In this document: positions 38,820 through 48,402 of the stretch, in pieces
Position numbering within the stretch: position 1 is the stretch's first letter
Layout of the letters: each line of letters starts with the position of its first letter
Source: an uncultured archaeon
GTDB lineage: Archaea > Iainarchaeota > Iainarchaeia > Iainarchaeales > JAAZKV01
Length of the DNA: 64,000 nucleotides
Reading direction: 5' to 3'
NCBI GenBank assembly: GCA_902385225.1
Contig: CABMEU010000029.1
Coordinates: forward strand, 41,065 to 105,064
The notes under the pieces: generated by a model
The model's input: the letters and a program-made list of their open reading frames with translations, nothing else
The model's database searches: none
Told to the model about the DNA's origin: nothing
Made by a program: the position numbers and the translations under genes

Positions 38820-41207
38820 TTATTCATCAACAGGCTCTTCATCAATAATTACTTCTTCATTATTTTCCTCTCCCGCGCCCTCTGTGTTTTCAGAATTCTC
38901 AGTATCCTGCGGCTCAAGGTAAATTGTTTTATTATCATCATACTTTTCCTCAAGAACTTTTTTTATCATTCTTGCTTTCTTCTTCCCCAAATTCTCCACG
39001 TTTTGTAATTCTTTTTCGCTCGCGTTCGCGATTGCTTTTATTGAGCCGAATTTCTCAAGCAGTCCTTTTGCGAGGAGCGGTCCAACGAGAGGGAGTCCTT
39101 CAGTAATGAATCTCTGCTGTTCGGATAGTGTTAGTCCTTTTCTCCCAACACGCAAGCGCACTTCCTTATCCTGCCCGATTTGTTCGCGTTTTGCTATTAC
39201 ATAAAGGTATTCAGCGGTTTCCGCGGGGGTTTTTGTATTAAGCACAGGGACTTGGTAATCAAGCGCAATTGAAGTGAGCGCGCCAATAATTGAATTTCTG
39301 TGTATGTTTCGCAGGGTGAACATGTCCTGCATATTTCCTTCAATAATTATCATGGGTTTTGCGTAATTCTGCCTCATGTTCATGAGCTGGGCGAATAATC
39401 TCCCATCAACCATTGAATTCACAAAATCATCAATTGTTTTTCTTTCCACGCAAACATCCTTGCTCAAAACATAATCCCCAATATCAAGCGGCTTCATTAT
39501 GATTTTCACTTTTTCTTTTCCAAAGAGTTCCTTATTCACTGTTGAGGCCTGCTCGCGCGAATCAACAAAAATAATTATCTGCTCCCCTTTGTTTTCAGTG
39601 AAAGTCGAAAGCAATGTTTGTGCGGGCATTGCAGAAGTCACAGCTTCGGCTTTCTTCATTTCGTGCAGGGTTTCCTTCATTTTCCTTTCCTTTGAGCGCG
39701 CGGTCCAGTAGAACGCCTCATCACGCGTATTTTTTGCCATGAGAATTATTGCTTTTCCTTTTCCAAATCTCCCCGTTCTTCCTCTTCGCTGAATTGTTCT
39801 AATTTCGCTAGGAACCGGTTCAAAGAATACAACTAGTTCAACGCTAGGGATATCAAGTCCCTCTTCCGCAACCGAACTCGTAACCAAAATATTGTGTTTT
39901 CCGTTTCTTAGTTCCTCAAGCACTTCCTGCTGGAGTTTTTGATTCATTCCCTTCTCAGTTCCCTTTGTCGCCTGCCCGATGAATTTTGTCGCTTTGATTT
40001 TTTCCGCGCCCGCCTCCTCCGCGGAATTTAGAAATTCCACAACTTCCCTTATGGAATCGCGGTAGTGATTGAAAACAATTATTTTGCTTTCCGGTTGTGC
40101 CTCAAGCTGGCGGAGAACAATTTTCTTCAGCTCCGCGTATTTTGGGTGCTGTACTTTTTCCTCAAATAATTTGTGTGTTAGTGCAATCGCTTGCTTGATA
40201 TTATCATCCATTGTAATTGCCCGCGCGGCTTTGCTTTTTCCAATTCGCGCTTCCTCAATTAATTTATCAAAATAATTATTCAAAGCACCTATCCCCTGTG
40301 TTTCAATTAATTCCTCCGCGTGAGAAACTTTCAAAAGCGCAGCGCACTTGCTCGCCGCAAAGAATAAACTCGGTTGGGTTTTTCCGTGTGAGATAATTCT
40401 TCTCCGAATATTTGACTGCATTTCAAGTAGTTTGAATTTATTCCAATATCTTCGGTTTTCGGTTACGGCAAACCCAAGTCCTTTGAGTACTTTGAGCTGG
40501 GAAGTTTGGAATTCCTCAAGGTGTTTTTTTATTTTAATAAAATCCGCGGGGAGATCAACCTTCACCCAATCAATATCAATTTCATTTACATATGGTTTGA
40601 CATCAGAATCATTTGCATCTTTTATCTCAATATTTTTTATGAAAAGATTTCTGCATACGTCCTGTATGTGCTCCGCCTCGCTTCCCGGGCTTGCGGTGAG
40701 CGCGAGTGTTAAACAATTAGGGTTTTGTTTTTGTAATTGGAGCGCAACAAACACATAAGCGTAATCCCCTACTGCCCTGTGCGCCTCATCAAATATTACC
40801 AGCCCAAACTCTTTTAGTGAAAATCTTCCCGAGAGTAAATCATTCTCAATTGTCTGCGGAGTAGCGTTAATTATTGTTTTATTTTTGTAAATCTCTTCTC
40901 GTTGTTTTGCGGGAGTGCTCCCTGTCATTGAAATAATTCTCTCTTCCGGAATTTCAAGAAACTTTTTGAAGCTCTTCTCATGCTGAACCGCTAAGGGTTT
41001 TGTTGGCGCAAGGAAAAGTATTTTTGAATTTGGTTTATTTTCAAGAACATAAGCCGCAAGCATCACAGCGACAATTGTTTTTCCAAGTGCCGTGGGTGCA
41101 ACAACAAGCGTATTTCCCTTCTCAACTACCCGCGTAACAATTACTTCCTGATAGAGCCTAGCCTCAACGCTGTCAAGCTTAATCAGATTATGCTTAATGA
41201 AGGACAT
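38820..41207 (-). CDS. hef: Hef helicase/nuclease (FANCM-like SF2 + ERCC4)
   Basis: PTALGKT, DEAH, QRRGRTGR, ERKTIDDF nuclease motif, HhH. Confidence 0.95.
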   Translation of the reverse strand: MSFIKHNLIKLDSVEARLYQEVIVTRVVEKGNTLVVAPTALGKTIVAVMLAAYVLENKPNSKILFLAPTKPLAVQHEKSFKKFLEIPEERIISMTGSTPAKQREEIYKNKTIINATPQTIENDLLSGRFSLKEFGLVIFDEAHRAVGDYAYVFVALQLQKQNPNCLTLALTASPGSEAEHIQDVCRNLFIKNIEIKDANDSDVKPYVNEIDIDWVKVDLPADFIKIKKHLEEFQTSQLKVLKGLGFAVTENRRYWNKFKLLEMQSNIRRRIISHGKTQPSLFFAASKCAALLKVSHAEELIETQGIGALNNYFDKLIEEARIGKSKAARAITMDDNIKQAIALTHKLFEEKVQHPKYAELKKIVLRQLEAQPESKIIVFNHYRDSIREVVEFLNSAEEAGAEKIKATKFIGQATKGTEKGMNQKLQQEVLEELRNGKHNILVTSSVAEEGLDIPSVELVVFFEPVPSEIRTIQRRGRTGRFGKGKAIILMAKNTRDEAFYWTARSKERKMKETLHEMKKAEAVTSAMPAQTLLSTFTENKGEQIIIFVDSREQASTVNKELFGKEKVKIIMKPLDIGDYVLSKDVCVERKTIDDFVNSMVDGRLFAQLMNMRQNYAKPMIIIEGNMQDMFTLRNIHRNSIIGALTSIALDYQVPVLNTKTPAETAEYLYVIAKREQIGQDKEVRLRVGRKGLTLSEQQRFITEGLPLVGPLLAKGLLEKFGSIKAIANASEKELQNVENLGKKKARMIKKVLEEKYDDNKTIYLEPQDTENSENTEGAGEENNEEVIIDEEPVDE

Positions 41208-41364
41208 GATTAGTTATTGGTTTGATGGTTTTTAAAAGCTCTCGAAGTGAATTGCCGGCATTTGATTCCTTTAATTCCTTTTTTCTCCCCAAAAAGCCAA
41301 CCTTTATATTCTTTTAAGTTTTTATTGTGAAAGCAAGGTTTGTTTTGCTATTTGGGTGATTATA

Positions 41365-41568
41365 ATGAGTGAACTGCCATTAGCAGCTGTTGATAGAATA
41401 ATTAGAAAAGCCACTGGTGTGAGGGTGAGCGAGAGCGCTGCGAAGGAACTTGGTAATTATTTGGAAGAAGAGGGAATGAAGGTTGCCCAGCAGGCGGCGG
41501 TGTTCTCAAAGCATGCCGGAAGAAAAACTGTTACGGATGAGGATATTAGGCTTGCGTTGAAAAAATAA
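41365..41568 (+). CDS. Archaeal histone
   Basis: ELPLAAVDRIIRK..RVSESA..HAGRKTVTDEDI. Confidence 0.95.
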   Translation: MSELPLAAVDRIIRKATGVRVSESAAKELGNYLEEEGMKVAQQAAVFSKHAGRKTVTDEDIRLALKK

Positions 41569-41580
41569 TTTCTCGCTTTT

Positions 41581-41907
41581 ATGAATTCTCGTTTCAAGGC
41601 GCAAAGAGCAGGACCTCCTAAGTTTAGGGTTGTTCCGCCAAGGTGGGCGGTTAATTATAAATTATTCCTCAAAACTTATTCCGCGGAGCTTGAGATTCTT
41701 GAAGGAAAAACTTTTGCGGAGTTTCTAAAGTTCAAAACTGTGAGCAGGGAAAATGCCATTAAATTTGAATTAAAGCGTCTTTTGGAAATGCGGAAAGAAT
41801 GGTTAAGCGACCCAAAAGAAGTTAGTTTCGCTAGGAATCTCACACCGAAGGTATTACTTGGTATGGCGGAGCGAAACATATCAATTGCCTATGGGGCAAA
41901 AAAATAA
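41581..41907 (+). CDS. Basic orphan protein
   Basis: MNSRFKAQRAGPPKFRVVPPR. Confidence 0.55.
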   Translation: MNSRFKAQRAGPPKFRVVPPRWAVNYKLFLKTYSAELEILEGKTFAEFLKFKTVSRENAIKFELKRLLEMRKEWLSDPKEVSFARNLTPKVLLGMAERNISIAYGAKK

Positions 41908-41982
41908 CTTTCCTGTTCTGTTTTTGCTTCGGCAGGGCAATCTTTTTATTCTGCAAATCCCATTTAAGTATGGTGTTTTTTG

Positions 41983-43332
41983 ATGAGCGAGAAGGGAAGG
42001 GTAAAGGAATACGAGGGTTATTTGGATTCTAATTACAAGCCGAACAGGGATGATTTGGTTTGCGAGTATTTTTTGGAACCCGCAAAAGGAATTACGCTTG
42101 AGAGTGCCGCGCAGAGAATCGCCTCAGAGTCAAGCATCGGAACTTGGACTGATATTGGAACTCTTCCTAAGAGAATGTTTGATGAACTCTCGCCAAGAGT
42201 TTTCTTCGTTGATAAAAAGAATAGTATTGTTCGAATCGCTTATTCAAAAAAACTCTTTGAGCCGAATAATATTTCACAGATCTTAAGCTCCGTTGCGGGA
42301 AATATTTTCGGAATGAGTGATGTGAAGAATCTAAAATTATTAGATATTGATTTCCCCGAGTCTTTTGTTGACAAGTATATGGGTCCGCATTATGGAATCG
42401 ACGGGGTAAGAAAGCTAATGAAAGTAAAATACAGGCCATTCGTTGGAACAATTGTAAAACCAAAACTTGGTCTTGATGAGAAGAAGCACGCGCAGGTGGC
42501 GTATGAGGCGTGGAAGGGCGGGTGCGATTATGTTAAGGATGATGAGAATCTCACCTCAATGAGCTTCAATAACTTTTACAAAAGAATTAATGTGACTCTT
42601 AGGGCGAGAGAAAAAGCGGAGCGGGAAACCGGCGAGCGAAAAGCGTATTTGCCAAATGTAACCGCGCCTTATGATGAAATGTTAAGAAGAGCAAGGCATG
42701 TTGTCCGCATGGGCGGAGAATTTGTGATGGTTGATGTGCTCACGGTTGGATTCTCCGGTATACAGGCGCTTCGTGACCACGATTTGAATGTGGTCTACCA
42801 TGGTCACCGCGCAATGCACGGCGCGTTTACCCGAAATCCTCATCATGGAATCTCAATGCTCGTGATAGCAAAACTCTGTCGTTTAATTGGAATTGACCAA
42901 TTGCATGTCGGCGGAGTTGTTGGGAAAATGTATGAAGGAAAAGAAGAGGTTACGGCTGTTGGGGAGGAAATTGAACAGCAAGTGGTAAGCAAAGATATTT
43001 TTAGGCACAGGCTTCAGCAGGACTGGTGTGACTTAAAGCCAATCCTTGCGGTTTGCTCTGGGGGGCTTCATCCTGGAAAAGTTCAGCCATTAATTCACGC
43101 AATGGGGAGAGATATAATTATCCAAGCCGGCGGAGGAATCCACGGCCACCCAAGAGGAACACTCGCGGGCGCAATGGCGATGAGGCAGGCGGTTGATGCG
43201 GAGATGGAAGCAAAGAGTCCTATTGAGTACGCAAAAACCCACTCGGAGCTTCGAGAAGCCTTGCAAAAATGGCACGGAATGAATTTTTACGAAAGGCATC
43301 ATGAGAGTTTGAGAAAAGGCGGGAAGAGATAG
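41983..43332 (+). CDS. rbcL: Form III ribulose-1,5-bisphosphate carboxylase
   Basis: ESSIGTW, GTIVKPKLGL, KDDEN, HRAMHGA, GKM, SGGLHP, GGGIHGHP. Confidence 0.95.
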   Translation: MSEKGRVKEYEGYLDSNYKPNRDDLVCEYFLEPAKGITLESAAQRIASESSIGTWTDIGTLPKRMFDELSPRVFFVDKKNSIVRIAYSKKLFEPNNISQILSSVAGNIFGMSDVKNLKLLDIDFPESFVDKYMGPHYGIDGVRKLMKVKYRPFVGTIVKPKLGLDEKKHAQVAYEAWKGGCDYVKDDENLTSMSFNNFYKRINVTLRAREKAERETGERKAYLPNVTAPYDEMLRRARHVVRMGGEFVMVDVLTVGFSGIQALRDHDLNVVYHGHRAMHGAFTRNPHHGISMLVIAKLCRLIGIDQLHVGGVVGKMYEGKEEVTAVGEEIEQQVVSKDIFRHRLQQDWCDLKPILAVCSGGLHPGKVQPLIHAMGRDIIIQAGGGIHGHPRGTLAGAMAMRQAVDAEMEAKSPIEYAKTHSELREALQKWHGMNFYERHHESLRKGGKR

Positions 43333-43411
43333 TCTGATTTTTTGTTTCCTCCATCCAAACCAACACTTTTTTTAACCCTAAAGCACTCTTTATATTAGAA
43401 ATTGTTTTTGC

Positions 43412-44020
43412 GTGGTGATATTTGTGGAAGAAACTCTAAAGAATTTGGGTAAAGCGTTTATTGGGGAATCACAGGCGAGGAATAGATACACTTTTTTTGC
43501 AAAACAGGCGCTTAAGGAGGGGTATATCCAACTCTCGGATATTTTTACAGTAACCGCTGAACAGGAACGCGAGCACGCAAAGAAAATTGCGATAATGATT
43601 CAGGATGTTAAGGACTTAATGAAGAAAGCCAAGAAGAAGGTTCCCGAGACGATTGAACTTGATACCCACGCGGACGCTGGGATGGGGGACACTCAATTTA
43701 ATTTAAAGGGTGCAATTGCCGGAGAAACTTACGAAACCGAAGAGATGTACCCTGCTTTTGCCAAACAAGCTGATAAGGATGGCTTGCCTGAGGTAGCTAA
43801 GAGATTACGCTCAATTGCGGTTGCGGAGAGGCACCACGCTGAACGCTACCAAAAATTCCTTGACGGAATCAAAGCCGGCTCCTTGTGGAAGAAAGAAAAA
43901 GTAACTATTTGGGTTTGCAGAGAATGCGGCTACCAGCACATCGGAAAAGAGCCTCCAAAAGAGTGCCCATCATGCGGACACGCGAGCAATTACTTCCTGG
44001 TTAAGTGTGAAGAGTATTAA
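43412..44020 (+). CDS. rbr: Rubrerythrin
   Basis: AFIGESQARNRY, EREH, ERHH, C-terminal CRECG...CPSC. Confidence 0.95.
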   Translation: MVIFVEETLKNLGKAFIGESQARNRYTFFAKQALKEGYIQLSDIFTVTAEQEREHAKKIAIMIQDVKDLMKKAKKKVPETIELDTHADAGMGDTQFNLKGAIAGETYETEEMYPAFAKQADKDGLPEVAKRLRSIAVAERHHAERYQKFLDGIKAGSLWKKEKVTIWVCRECGYQHIGKEPPKECPSCGHASNYFLVKCEEY

Positions 44021-44036
44021 TCTCTCAGTTTTCTTT

Positions 44037-44071
44037 GTGCGAGGAGGCAGAAATTTTGCCCTCCTTTGCAC
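44037..44071 (+). terminator. Stem-loop after rbr
   Basis: GTGCGAGGAGGCAGAAATTTTGCCCTCCTTTGCAC followed by a T-rich run. Confidence 0.5.
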
Positions 44072-44654
44072 TTAATTGTTTTTAGTGGCATCACCACTCA
44101 TTAGGCATTAACACCCACTTCTTATTTGAAATCACTATAAGTTGGGCGATATCGATCACTAGTTTGTTATGTTAGTTGTTGTTTTGAAATATTTGGTGCG
44201 CAAACTTTCTCCAAAACCCTCAAAACCGCTGCTTTTCTTAATGTATAATTAGGCTTATTTTGTGTTTAATTTGGGATTTAAACCATTTCGCCCTTTTTGC
44301 ATATATTTAAACAATTCGTTCTTCGACATAACAAAAATATGCCTTCTAAGGGGGGTGGAGGCAAAGTCGTCAAAACAAGGCTGATAAAAGCTCAGAACTA
44401 TCAAAATAAGCTATTTTAACACTTTTCACTAGTAAAATTCCTGTTTTTTTACGTCATGTTGGTTATATTTGGGTTTAAAGCGTGTTTAACGTACTTTGCA
44501 TAGTTCCACAATCAACGAAGTGAGTGAAATAAGCCTTATTTGGGCTTCTTTTTGTGTTTAAGGCGTTATAATCCTATACATAAAAGCAAAGGTTTATAAG
44601 TAAGGTGTGAGGCAATATAAGCAATTAAATTTTAGCCTTTTAAGGCAGGGTGAT

Positions 44655-45749
44655 ATGATGAAGTCATTAATTGAAGCTTCCGTTCATAAGAGCGGAACTA
44701 CTGTAGCAGACGATAAATTGGAGGAATTCGGCACACCAAAAATCATGGTTATTGGTGCAGGCGGAGCTGGATGTAACGCGGTAAACAGACTTGCGGCTAT
44801 GGGAATAGCAGGCGCACAGTTAGTTGCTGTTAACACAGATAAGCAACACCTCGCAATTGTTAACGATGAGATAACAAAAGTTCTTATCGGTAAAAGCGTA
44901 ACAAGAGGACTAGGAGCAGGCGGTTACCCAGAAGTTGGTGCTAAGGCTGCTGAAGTATCAAGAAACGCTCTTGAAGAAGTAATGGCTGGAGTAGATATGT
45001 TATTCTTATCATCCGGAATGGGTGGAGGAACAGGAACAGGCTCAGCTCCAATAATTGCAGGAATTGCAAAAGAACAGGGGGCAATTGTAATCGCAATGGT
45101 TACTTACCCGTTCGCTCTAGAAAAAGCTAGATTAATTAAAGCTGAAGAAGGTATTGACGCTTTGCAGAAAGTCTGCGACACAGTTGTTGTTATTGATAAC
45201 AACCGATTGGTTGAATTAGTACCTAACTTGCCAATACAGGACGCATTCAAAGTTGCTGATGAAGTAATTGCAAGAACTGTAAGAGGAATTACAGAGACAA
45301 TCACACAGCCTTCATTAATCAACTTGGATTATGCTGATGTTCGCTCAATAATGAGTAACAAAGGACTATCAGTTATCGCTGTTGGTGAATCAAAATCTGT
45401 TGACAAAGTTAACGAAGTTGTTGAAGACACTTTGAAGAACGCTTTGTTAGATATTGATATCGCTGGAGCTACTGGATGCTTAATCCACATCACAGGCGGG
45501 CCAGACCTAACTCTAGGTGAAGCTAACGCTGTTGGTGAAATGCTAACAGAAAGAATTGATCCTAAAGCTGTTGTAATATGGGGAGCAAGAGTAGACCCAA
45601 CTTTTGAGAACAAACTCGAAGTTATCTGCATCTTCACTGGAGTTCACAGCCCATACATCAAGTCTTCTCCAAGCAAATTCAGCGGAAAAGGCGAGAAAGG
45701 AAGCCACTCATACAGAAACAGTGACTTAGACCTTGACTTCATTAGGTAA
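44655..45749 (+). CDS. ftsZ: Cell division protein FtsZ
   Basis: GAGGAGCN, GMGGGTGTG tubulin signature, NLDYADV. Confidence 0.98.
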   Translation: MMKSLIEASVHKSGTTVADDKLEEFGTPKIMVIGAGGAGCNAVNRLAAMGIAGAQLVAVNTDKQHLAIVNDEITKVLIGKSVTRGLGAGGYPEVGAKAAEVSRNALEEVMAGVDMLFLSSGMGGGTGTGSAPIIAGIAKEQGAIVIAMVTYPFALEKARLIKAEEGIDALQKVCDTVVVIDNNRLVELVPNLPIQDAFKVADEVIARTVRGITETITQPSLINLDYADVRSIMSNKGLSVIAVGESKSVDKVNEVVEDTLKNALLDIDIAGATGCLIHITGGPDLTLGEANAVGEMLTERIDPKAVVIWGARVDPTFENKLEVICIFTGVHSPYIKSSPSKFSGKGEKGSHSYRNSDLDLDFIR

Positions 45750-45764
45750 ATAGTTTTTTAGTAT

Positions 45765-45850
45765 TGCAAAAGAGGGGACCCCAACCCCCTCTGAAGCATG
45801 AAGGGCAGCAAAAATAAAGTTTTGCCCTTGCCCTTCATGCTTCACTTGCA
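45765..45850 (+). terminator. Structured 3' element after ftsZ (16-bp perfect stem)
   Basis: TGAAGCATGAAGGGCA / TGCCCTTCATGCTTCA inverted repeat at 45792-45844, then CCTTTTT. Confidence 0.65.
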
Positions 45851-45942
45851 CATCCTTTTTTAATCTTCAAATTTGTTCTTTGTGTTGATTCCGCCTAACC
45901 AAAAGCATTTCTTTTATATTCTCTTTAGTCTTTTTTCTTTAC

Positions 45943-47541
45943 ATGCCTTTGAAATCAAAACATCATCGTCATTTGCATCGTGCGCATGAGAATCAGGATA
46001 ATGCTTTCAAGAAACCTAAACCACTGCCAAAGCGCTCGCTTAATGGTGCCTTAATTCTTGGGGTACTCGGTTTGGTTCTCGCGGCAGGAATTTTCTTTTC
46101 CGCGGGAGAAAACATGTACTTTTGGGTTCTTTTAATCCTTGCAATTATTTTAACCGCAAATGCAATCCTCCTTCGCTTTAATTTCTCAACCCCCTTCCTT
46201 TTACCGTTTGTAATTACAATGGTAAAAACCAAGCACACAATTAATTTCATTTATTCCATCGCTCATCACTCTAAATGGTTTGAGAAAATATGTCTGGTGG
46301 GAATGTTCCTTGGCTTTGGAATCACGGGTGTTGATTATTGGTATGGGCGAAAGCTCGGCGGGTGGAAGAGGGTAGCACTTCTCTCACTCTCAACAGTTAT
46401 TCTTGGAGTAATATTTGAATTTGGAATAAAGTTTCTTTTCTCAGTTCCTCTCTTCGCCCCATTATATATTCCTTGCTTAGTTGGTTTCCTTTTCCTTGGA
46501 TTCGGGGGAATGACATTCGCATTAATGCTTGGATATGGGTTGCTTTCACTAAATGGAGCATTCTTTGGCCAGCAGTACTGCCCCTCAGTTGCGCCAGTGA
46601 TTCCAGGCGCGCCAATTCCTGGACTTGGGACGGTAATTCCACTAATAGCGTGGGTTTCGCTAGCGCTTGTACTAATTATTCACGAGTTCAGTCATGGAAT
46701 TCTGATGGCTTATTACAAAGAGAAAATAAAATCCGTTGGTCTCCTTTTGGCAGGAATTTTCCCAATCGGGGCGTTTGTTGAGCAGGATGATAAAACATTC
46801 AATAAATTAGATGATAAAAAATCTTTGATGGTGCTAAGCGCGGGCTCTGCAAGTAATTTATTCAGCATTGCAATTGCGGTAATATTAATGGTCGCGATTG
46901 GCTTTGCTTCACAGCCGCTCGCAACTTCCTTTAATGCTGAGTACAACAAGGCTTACAATGGAGTGAAAGTGCTCTCAGTTGAGGACACAGTTTCTTTTTG
47001 CGGAACAACCGTTCCTGCTCCTGCAAAAGGAAAGTTTCTTGCTGGGGATATTATTAATTCAATAAATGGGGTGGATGTCAATAGCCTCTCCGGAATAAAC
47101 CGCGCAATCCTTTCCTCAAGCGGGGACCTTAATTTTTCTATTTTGCGTCTCTCTGACAAGAATGTTTTAGTTCCAGCCTCCGTTTCATTAACACCATATC
47201 TATTCAAGGATTTGAATTTGAAGAAAGTTGGGGTGGTATTTGCCGCGCTTCCGACAGGTTATGAAATGGACGGGGGAATTGTGGCATCAGAAACAATTGT
47301 TCAAATGATTCTGCAAATACTTTTGTTCTGGGCAATACTAAGCTTTGCCGCCGGGAGTTTCAATTATCTTCCAAGCGATCCTTTCGATGGCGGAAGAATG
47401 GGAAAAATAATTCTCGCGCCGTATTTCGCTTTTATGGGGCTGAATAAAAAAGAAACGCAAGTATTAATCGGGAGAATATTTATGTGGCTCTTAGTTATTG
47501 CGCTAGTGCTGAACATGGTTCCATACTTGACGATGATATAA
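45943..47541 (+). CDS. Site-2 protease (M50) with PDZ domain
   Basis: HEFSHG, GAFVE, AGSASN, NYLPSDPFDGG. Confidence 0.92.
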   Translation: MPLKSKHHRHLHRAHENQDNAFKKPKPLPKRSLNGALILGVLGLVLAAGIFFSAGENMYFWVLLILAIILTANAILLRFNFSTPFLLPFVITMVKTKHTINFIYSIAHHSKWFEKICLVGMFLGFGITGVDYWYGRKLGGWKRVALLSLSTVILGVIFEFGIKFLFSVPLFAPLYIPCLVGFLFLGFGGMTFALMLGYGLLSLNGAFFGQQYCPSVAPVIPGAPIPGLGTVIPLIAWVSLALVLIIHEFSHGILMAYYKEKIKSVGLLLAGIFPIGAFVEQDDKTFNKLDDKKSLMVLSAGSASNLFSIAIAVILMVAIGFASQPLATSFNAEYNKAYNGVKVLSVEDTVSFCGTTVPAPAKGKFLAGDIINSINGVDVNSLSGINRAILSSSGDLNFSILRLSDKNVLVPASVSLTPYLFKDLNLKKVGVVFAALPTGYEMDGGIVASETIVQMILQILLFWAILSFAAGSFNYLPSDPFDGGRMGKIILAPYFAFMGLNKKETQVLIGRIFMWLLVIALVLNMVPYLTMI

Positions 47542-47560
47542 CTCGCGGCATGGGGCAAAA

Positions 47561-47956
47561 TTATTTTCTGCGTAATCTTCTCGCCAAGTTCGCTCTTGGT
47601 AAAGTCTTTGGTTTATTTGCCCGCATTTTTCGCAGTGCATCTAATCTGAGTTGTTGGGTTTCAACAAAATCGTTTTTTTCAAGTATTAATCTGTGCACCT
47701 CGTTTGCAAGCCTGCGGACTTTTAAACTATTGAATGCCTCTGTTGTTTCTGAATCTTTCCTCAGTTCATCTAACCAATTAATTGGATATTTGTTTCTCTT
47801 TTCCCCATCAATATACTTTGAAGCGAGGTTTGGGTCGCTTGCGGAAAGCAGTATGCTTAGCGCTGCGCCAATTGCTTTCTCTCTTGCTCTTATTCCAGCA
47901 GCATAAGCTCTTCTTGTCAAAGGCGGTACAGACTCGCCGATAAATTGTTTAGCCAT
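47561..47956 (-). CDS. Basic orphan protein
   Basis: VPPLTRR near the start; LARRLRRK end. Confidence 0.55.
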   Translation of the reverse strand: MAKQFIGESVPPLTRRAYAAGIRAREKAIGAALSILLSASDPNLASKYIDGEKRNKYPINWLDELRKDSETTEAFNSLKVRRLANEVHRLILEKNDFVETQQLRLDALRKMRANKPKTLPRANLARRLRRK

Positions 47957-48059
47957 AAATAAATTACTTTGATCCAGTATTAAAGACTTTTTAATAATTT
48001 AAGTCGCAAAACGAAGATAATAATGGAGAATAAAGCGAGCAATTAACACAAGGGGGAGG

Positions 48060-48180
48060 GTAATGCAAGCAAACCGGACAAGCAACAAGTTGCTCATCCG
48101 ATCGCTTAGAGAGTTATGTTTTTGGAGATTAGAGTAGGCTCACCATAAGCTACTCAATCTAATTTTTCCGCGTATTACTA
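48060..48180 (-). ncRNA. Candidate two-hairpin structured RNA
   Basis: Two long imperfect stems (48067-48107 and 48126-48160) whose mismatches become G-U pairs on the minus strand; TATA-like element upstream. Confidence 0.35.
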
Positions 48181-48402
48181 TCTTTGACATAACTTATATT
48201 TATACCTTCCTATAAAATCTAATACATAACTAATTGCTTTTTTTGCCACTAAACTTGGTTTATTAGCAAGCAGGATGCATTTAACCACAAGTAAGTTGGG
48301 GGTTGATTTAAGTAAAGAATTGGTCAAATATTTATCACTTTGCAACTCAATAAAAAGCGTAATTTTAAGTTTTGAAGTGGTATTTGTAGGTAAGTGAGCA
48401 GC

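Noticed and set aside
48140-48190. Short ORF MSKIVIRGKIRLSSLW ending in TGA inside a hairpin (possible recoding)
   Set aside because: Only 16 codons with no recognisable protein motif; the hairpin is better explained as RNA structure
44021-48400. CRISPR array, SRP RNA or RNase P RNA in the long intergenic gaps
   Set aside because: No regularly spaced direct repeats, no cas genes, and no conserved SRP or RNase P signature recognised
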